A DNA stretch of 63,565 nt, counting the filler. It is 3 parts of 3 records of this genome, joined end to end, with 100 filler letters (N's around TTAATTAATTAA, not from the genome) between each part and the next. Parts side by side here need not be neighbours in the genome. Positions count along the whole stretch, not along the records: positions 48,006 to 63,565 come from SRR2962707_895; 2 more parts are not named here. One strand, 5' to 3'. The first letter of the stretch is position 1. Each line of letters opens with the position of its first letter. Below, one piece after another: positions 59,710 through 63,565 of this stretch. The notes beneath the pieces were generated by a model that worked only from the letters and a program-made list of their open reading frames with translations, searched no databases and was not told the origin of the DNA. The position numbers were made by a program, and so were the translations under genes.

Positions 59710-59720
59710 ACTCCCACCTA

Positions 59721-60149
59721 TTATTTTTTGCTACAATTTTTACATATCCCTTTTAATACCAGGTTCACATCGTTCACTTCATAATCGTCCGGCAAGCTCT
59801 CTTCCGATATTTTATTTGGCAGACAGATTGTTTTCTTACAATCGATACAATGAAAGTGCATATGTAAATCTGTACTGTGTTTAACATTGGTGTTTTCATC
59901 AGAAAGCGCATATTTTGCAAAAGCAGTTCCATCGTCAATTTGGTGCACCATGCTTTTTTTCTCAAAGAGCTTTATCGTCCTATAGAAAGTGGTCTTATTG
60001 GCTGTTTTGATATTTTTATGGATAAAGACTTTTTGCATTTCATTTAAACTTACCGCATAAGTTTTCCTTTTGAGGTATTTGTAAATTTTCAACCTCATTT
60101 CAGTGGAACGTATCCCTTTGGACGATAATTTTTTTTCCGTTTTTGTCAT
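59721..60149 (-). CDS. Fur-family metalloregulator
   Basis: TTFYRTIKLF, HMHFHCIDC, GICKNC. Confidence 0.88.
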   Translation of the reverse strand: MTKTEKKLSSKGIRSTEMRLKIYKYLKRKTYAVSLNEMQKVFIHKNIKTANKTTFYRTIKLFEKKSMVHQIDDGTAFAKYALSDENTNVKHSTDLHMHFHCIDCKKTICLPNKISEESLPDDYEVNDVNLVLKGICKNCSKK

Positions 60150-60187
60150 TTTATATTCTTTCGAAAAACAGTCTAAGTCCGGATTTT

Positions 60188-62740
60188 CTATTCTTTTTTA
60201 TAAGCCAAAAGCCTTAACGCATTAAAAACCACCAGTAGTGTGGAACCTTCATGGATTACAACCGCCATTCCAATATTTGCCAAGCCGAATATGGTTGAAG
60301 GTATAAGTAGGGCAACAATACCAAGGCTTACCCAAAGGTTCTGTCTGATAATCGCCTTTGCCTTCCTGCTTAAGCCTATGGCAAAGGGCAGGGTTTCCAA
60401 CTTGTCGGCCATTAGCGCAATATCCGCCGTTTCCAGGGCCACATCACTTCCAGCAGCACCCATAGCTATTCCTACAGTGCTGTTTGCCATGGCAGGGGCA
60501 TCATTAACGCCATCGCCCACCATTGCCACCTTGGATTCCTTTTCTTTTAATTCTTTTATAGCATCCACTTTTTCTTCCGGCAATAGGCTCCCCCAGGCAT
60601 CGGTCAATCCTATTTCTTCTGCTACAGCGTCTGCTACCTTCTGGTTATCACCGGTAAGCATGATCATTCGTTTAATGCCGATTTCTTTTAATTTTTTAAG
60701 GGTTCCCTTGGCGGCTTCACGAGGGGTATCCATTAATGCAATGATGCCTATATATTCTTCATTTTTTCGTATAAGCATTGTTGTATTTCCACCACCTTCA
60801 AGACCACGCACTTTCGTAGCTATTTTTTCGGAAGGTGTACTCTCATCAAGCCCTTCGTACAGGTCGAGGTTACCTATATAGATTTTATCATTGCCAAATG
60901 ATGCTTTAATCCCTTTACCCAGAACTGCCTCCAAATTAGAGGCATTTGGGATTTCCTCGCCTTCCAGACGCTCTTTTCCATCACGAACTACAGCTTTGGC
61001 CAGGGGGTGATCACTAAGACCTTCCACGGCTACTGCTATTTTGAGAAGTTCGTTTTCAGAAATTTTTCCAAGTGGCACCACTTGGGTAAGTTTTGGCTTT
61101 CCTTCCGTTAGAGTTCCGGTTTTATCAAAGGCGAGGGCGGTAATAACCCCCAGGTCCTCCAGAGGGCGCCCTCCTTTAATTAATACCCCGCCACGGGCAG
61201 CTCTGGCCACTCCACTTAATACAGCACTTGGGGTCGAGATTGCCAACGCACAGGGACTTGCAGCTACCAGTACCGCCATTGCCCGGTAAAAGCTCGCGCT
61301 AAAGGGTTCGTCAATAACTAAAAAAGCGAACAAAAGAATCCCGACCAAAATAAGGACGGATGGCACAAAATATTTTTCGAATTTATCGGTGAGCAACTGG
61401 GTAGGCGATTTTTGAGTCTGAGCTTCGTTAACCAGTTTCACCAATCGGGAAAGCGTTGAATTTTTGGCTGCTTTGATCACTTTAATTTCCAAAGTATTAT
61501 TCCCATTGATCGTTCCTGCAAAAACGCGGTTTTCATCTTTAATATCATCTACCTCTGAGTAATCCTTCTCAACATCTTCTACGGGAACTTTATCTACCGG
61601 TACACTCTCACCGGTTATTGGAGCCTGGTTAACGCTACTCTGCCCATCTACCACTACGCCATCTGCAGATATTTTACTATTTGGTTTCACCACAATGATA
61701 TCACCAATATTGAGTTTTTCGATACCAACTTCTTCCGTCTTACCATCTTTTTTGAGCAAGGCTGTTTTTGGCGCCAGTTCTGCCAATGCGGCTATAGATT
61801 TTCGTGCTTTGTTCATTGCATAATGCTCCAGGGCATGTCCCAGGCTAAAAAGAAATAATAACAAGGCACCTTCAGCCCATTCTCCTAAAATAGCCGCTCC
61901 AATCGCTGCGACCAACATGAGAAAATCAATTTCAAACCCGCCTTTGGCTACGGTTTCCACAGCTTCTTTAGCAGTATAAAACCCTCCAAAGAAATAGGCT
62001 CCAATATAAAGGGAAAGACTAACCCATTGCGGAACTGATTCTACAAAGGATAGTCCAAAACCTATCCCCAACAAAACCCCACAAATAATGGCAAAAATAA
62101 GCTCTGTATTTTTCCCAAAAATACCTCCGTGGGCGTGGGAATTTTCTTCCCCGGCCCCGTGGCTATCCGCTTCTTTATGATTCTGGACATCGGTATCTTT
62201 ATGCTTTTGTTCTTCTTTATCCTTTACCTTTTCTTTATTTAAATTTTGAGGATTCTTTTCGGCAGATTTAAAGCCTTTATTTTCAGCAGAGGAGCTTTTA
62301 TTAACTTTTATGTTTTCTTTTTCTAACTTTGCACTTATTTCATCAAAACTGGTCTCACGCTTATCATATTCTAAACGGATCATTCCTCCCGCATTGGCGG
62401 AAGCTTCCAAAACACCATTGGTATTTAGCAGACTCTTTTCTATAGTTCTTGCATGCCGGGTATGCCTAATCCCCTCAACCTCTATAAGAAGATGTCCATA
62501 TTTCTCGGTAATTTCAGCCCCGGTTCTTTCTGCCAATGATTGAATGCGGTCAATAGAAATTATATCCGGATCGTAATGAAAGCACAATTGTGGCACCGTA
62601 TCTTCCTGATCATCCGCTATGTGGACTTTTTCAAGGCCATTTTCGGCTTCCAGTTCCTTAATTAGCCTTTCCACACAAGCGTCTTTTTCATTAGGTACCT
62701 GTGGAAGGATTACGGGAATTTTGATTTTTAGTTTTTTCAT
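60188..62740 (-). CDS. Heavy-metal (Zn/Cd/Co-type) P1B-ATPase
   Basis: TGES, SPC, DKTGTLT, SDHPL, GDGVNDAP, HEGSTL; His-containing N-terminal region. Confidence 0.93.
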   Translation of the reverse strand: MKKLKIKIPVILPQVPNEKDACVERLIKELEAENGLEKVHIADDQEDTVPQLCFHYDPDIISIDRIQSLAERTGAEITEKYGHLLIEVEGIRHTRHARTIEKSLLNTNGVLEASANAGGMIRLEYDKRETSFDEISAKLEKENIKVNKSSSAENKGFKSAEKNPQNLNKEKVKDKEEQKHKDTDVQNHKEADSHGAGEENSHAHGGIFGKNTELIFAIICGVLLGIGFGLSFVESVPQWVSLSLYIGAYFFGGFYTAKEAVETVAKGGFEIDFLMLVAAIGAAILGEWAEGALLLFLFSLGHALEHYAMNKARKSIAALAELAPKTALLKKDGKTEEVGIEKLNIGDIIVVKPNSKISADGVVVDGQSSVNQAPITGESVPVDKVPVEDVEKDYSEVDDIKDENRVFAGTINGNNTLEIKVIKAAKNSTLSRLVKLVNEAQTQKSPTQLLTDKFEKYFVPSVLILVGILLFAFLVIDEPFSASFYRAMAVLVAASPCALAISTPSAVLSGVARAARGGVLIKGGRPLEDLGVITALAFDKTGTLTEGKPKLTQVVPLGKISENELLKIAVAVEGLSDHPLAKAVVRDGKERLEGEEIPNASNLEAVLGKGIKASFGNDKIYIGNLDLYEGLDESTPSEKIATKVRGLEGGGNTTMLIRKNEEYIGIIALMDTPREAAKGTLKKLKEIGIKRMIMLTGDNQKVADAVAEEIGLTDAWGSLLPEEKVDAIKELKEKESKVAMVGDGVNDAPAMANSTVGIAMGAAGSDVALETADIALMADKLETLPFAIGLSRKAKAIIRQNLWVSLGIVALLIPSTIFGLANIGMAVVIHEGSTLLVVFNALRLLAYKKE

Positions 62741-62993
62741 ATCCTTAGTTATTTGTATCCAGTTTTTTGCTTGTTCCTTATCCTGAAGGTCAAAATATTT
62801 GACTTCTGAACCGGTAAAGAAATGAGTAGCTTTAACGACCCATTCCTGCTATTTTTTTCGCCTACAAATTTTATGACTTTTTTCGATGATATTGTGGATT
62901 AGCGGATGGATTTTTTATATCCTTCTTCGTGATTCTACCATTGATTTTAGCAGCAATCAAGTTTTCTTTTTCTATGTCCAATACCTATATCAT
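62741..62993 (-). pseudogene. Degraded SpoIIAA-like gene
   Basis: MI*VLDIEKENLIAAKING..(frameshift) HPLIHNII..(deletion) *QEWVVKATHFFTGSEVKYFDL..AKNWI; aligns by eye to 52166-52522. Confidence 0.75.
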
Positions 62994-63017
62994 TTTTTCA
63001 ATTTTATAGGGTTTATA

Positions 63018-63563
63018 TTAATTTAAGTGTATCTCCAAATACTCCAGAGCCTCAGGCATATCCAACTCACGGGTACCATTCCCGGTTCTGATAAAGAAAT
63101 GCGAACGGTCAATCAAATTCAAATACACAGGTTTTTGTGCTTTGTGAACCCTTACATAACAGATATCCTTTTCTTCGAATTGGTAAAAGGCCACTTTAAC
63201 CAAAGGGCAAAAATGAGTGCCGAACTTGAGGGACACCAATTGCATTATATATTGCTCAAACCCGTCCTTGCCAGGTTTTTTTAAAGTACCGCAATCCTGT
63301 TCCAGCCCCAGAATACTACCTTCATCATCAACTCCGATAATTAAATGCCCTCCTTGGGTGTTCATAAACCCGGCAATTGTTTTTGCTATTACGCCTTCCA
63401 AAGTCTTATTCGGTTTAAACTGCCTCAAATCCCATCTCAAGGTAGATTTAAATTCTACTTGCTGGTTTTCTCCTGCCGCAATCAGCTCCCTGATCTCCTC
63501 CAGCTTATCTCTTCTTCCGGTCAATTGAAATATTCTTTGCCTGACCATAAACATAAGCGACAA
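63018..63563 (-). CDS. Schlafen/AlbA_2 domain protein (5' truncated by window end)
   Basis: GENQQVEFKSTLRWD, IAGFMNTQGGHLIIGVDD, FIRTGNGT. Confidence 0.85.
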   Translation of the reverse strand: MSLMFMVRQRIFQLTGRRDKLEEIRELIAAGENQQVEFKSTLRWDLRQFKPNKTLEGVIAKTIAGFMNTQGGHLIIGVDDEGSILGLEQDCGTLKKPGKDGFEQYIMQLVSLKFGTHFCPLVKVAFYQFEEKDICYVRVHKAQKPVYLNLIDRSHFFIRTGNGTRELDMPEALEYLEIHLN

Positions 63564-63565
63564 GG

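Larger units (their letters stand above)
48006..63565. mobile_element. Part of a Flavobacteriaceae-type ICE/conjugative transposon (regulatory end plus cargo); boundaries not visible
   Basis: rteC plus excisionase-like HTH gene; metal/ion cargo and pseudogenes; no integrase or tra genes in the window. Confidence 0.65.

Noticed and set aside
60240-60881. Long antisense ORFs (also 22406-22975, 27089-27511, 28385-28822, 52974-53459)
   Set aside because: They are shadows of conserved genes on the opposite strand, with no independent motifs.

Overview
The window is not one genome. It is three unrelated contigs joined by 100-nt N spacers that contain the artificial six-frame stop linker TTAATTAATTAA (18024-18123 and 47906-48005). 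Contig A (1-18023) looks like a marine Cytophagales (Bacteroidota) chromosome. It carries a cytochrome c-like lipoprotein/YceI/DUF5777 barrel cluster, a TonB-dependent receptor, and two YheT hydrolase paralogs that bracket a large T9SS-secreted Ig/delta-60 repeat protein and a two-kinase/one-LytTR signalling module. Contig B (18124-47905) is a Marinomonas-like gammaproteobacterial core region (thrC, hom, dsbC, rplS-trmD-rimM-rpsP, ffh, greB, mscS, dinB, flgP/flgT, ProQ-like gene, truncated tRNA-Tyr). Within it sits a five-gene organosulfonate catabolic cluster: HpsN/HisD-like dehydrogenase, DegT-fold PLP enzyme, Asp/Glu-type racemase, LysR and CuyA-like sulfo-lyase. Its two catabolic promoters share a near-identical operator/promoter. 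The best inference is an amino-alcohol sulfonate (cysteinolic acid) -> cysteate -> sulfite pathway. Contig C (48006-63565) is a Flavobacteriaceae-type ICE regulatory end (excisionase-like HTH fragment, rteC, membrane-anchored LuxR, with visible operator palindromes). It is followed by metal/ion-homeostasis cargo with several decayed genes and unannotated small ORFs. Taxonomic and family calls come from recognising protein motifs by eye; no database search was run.
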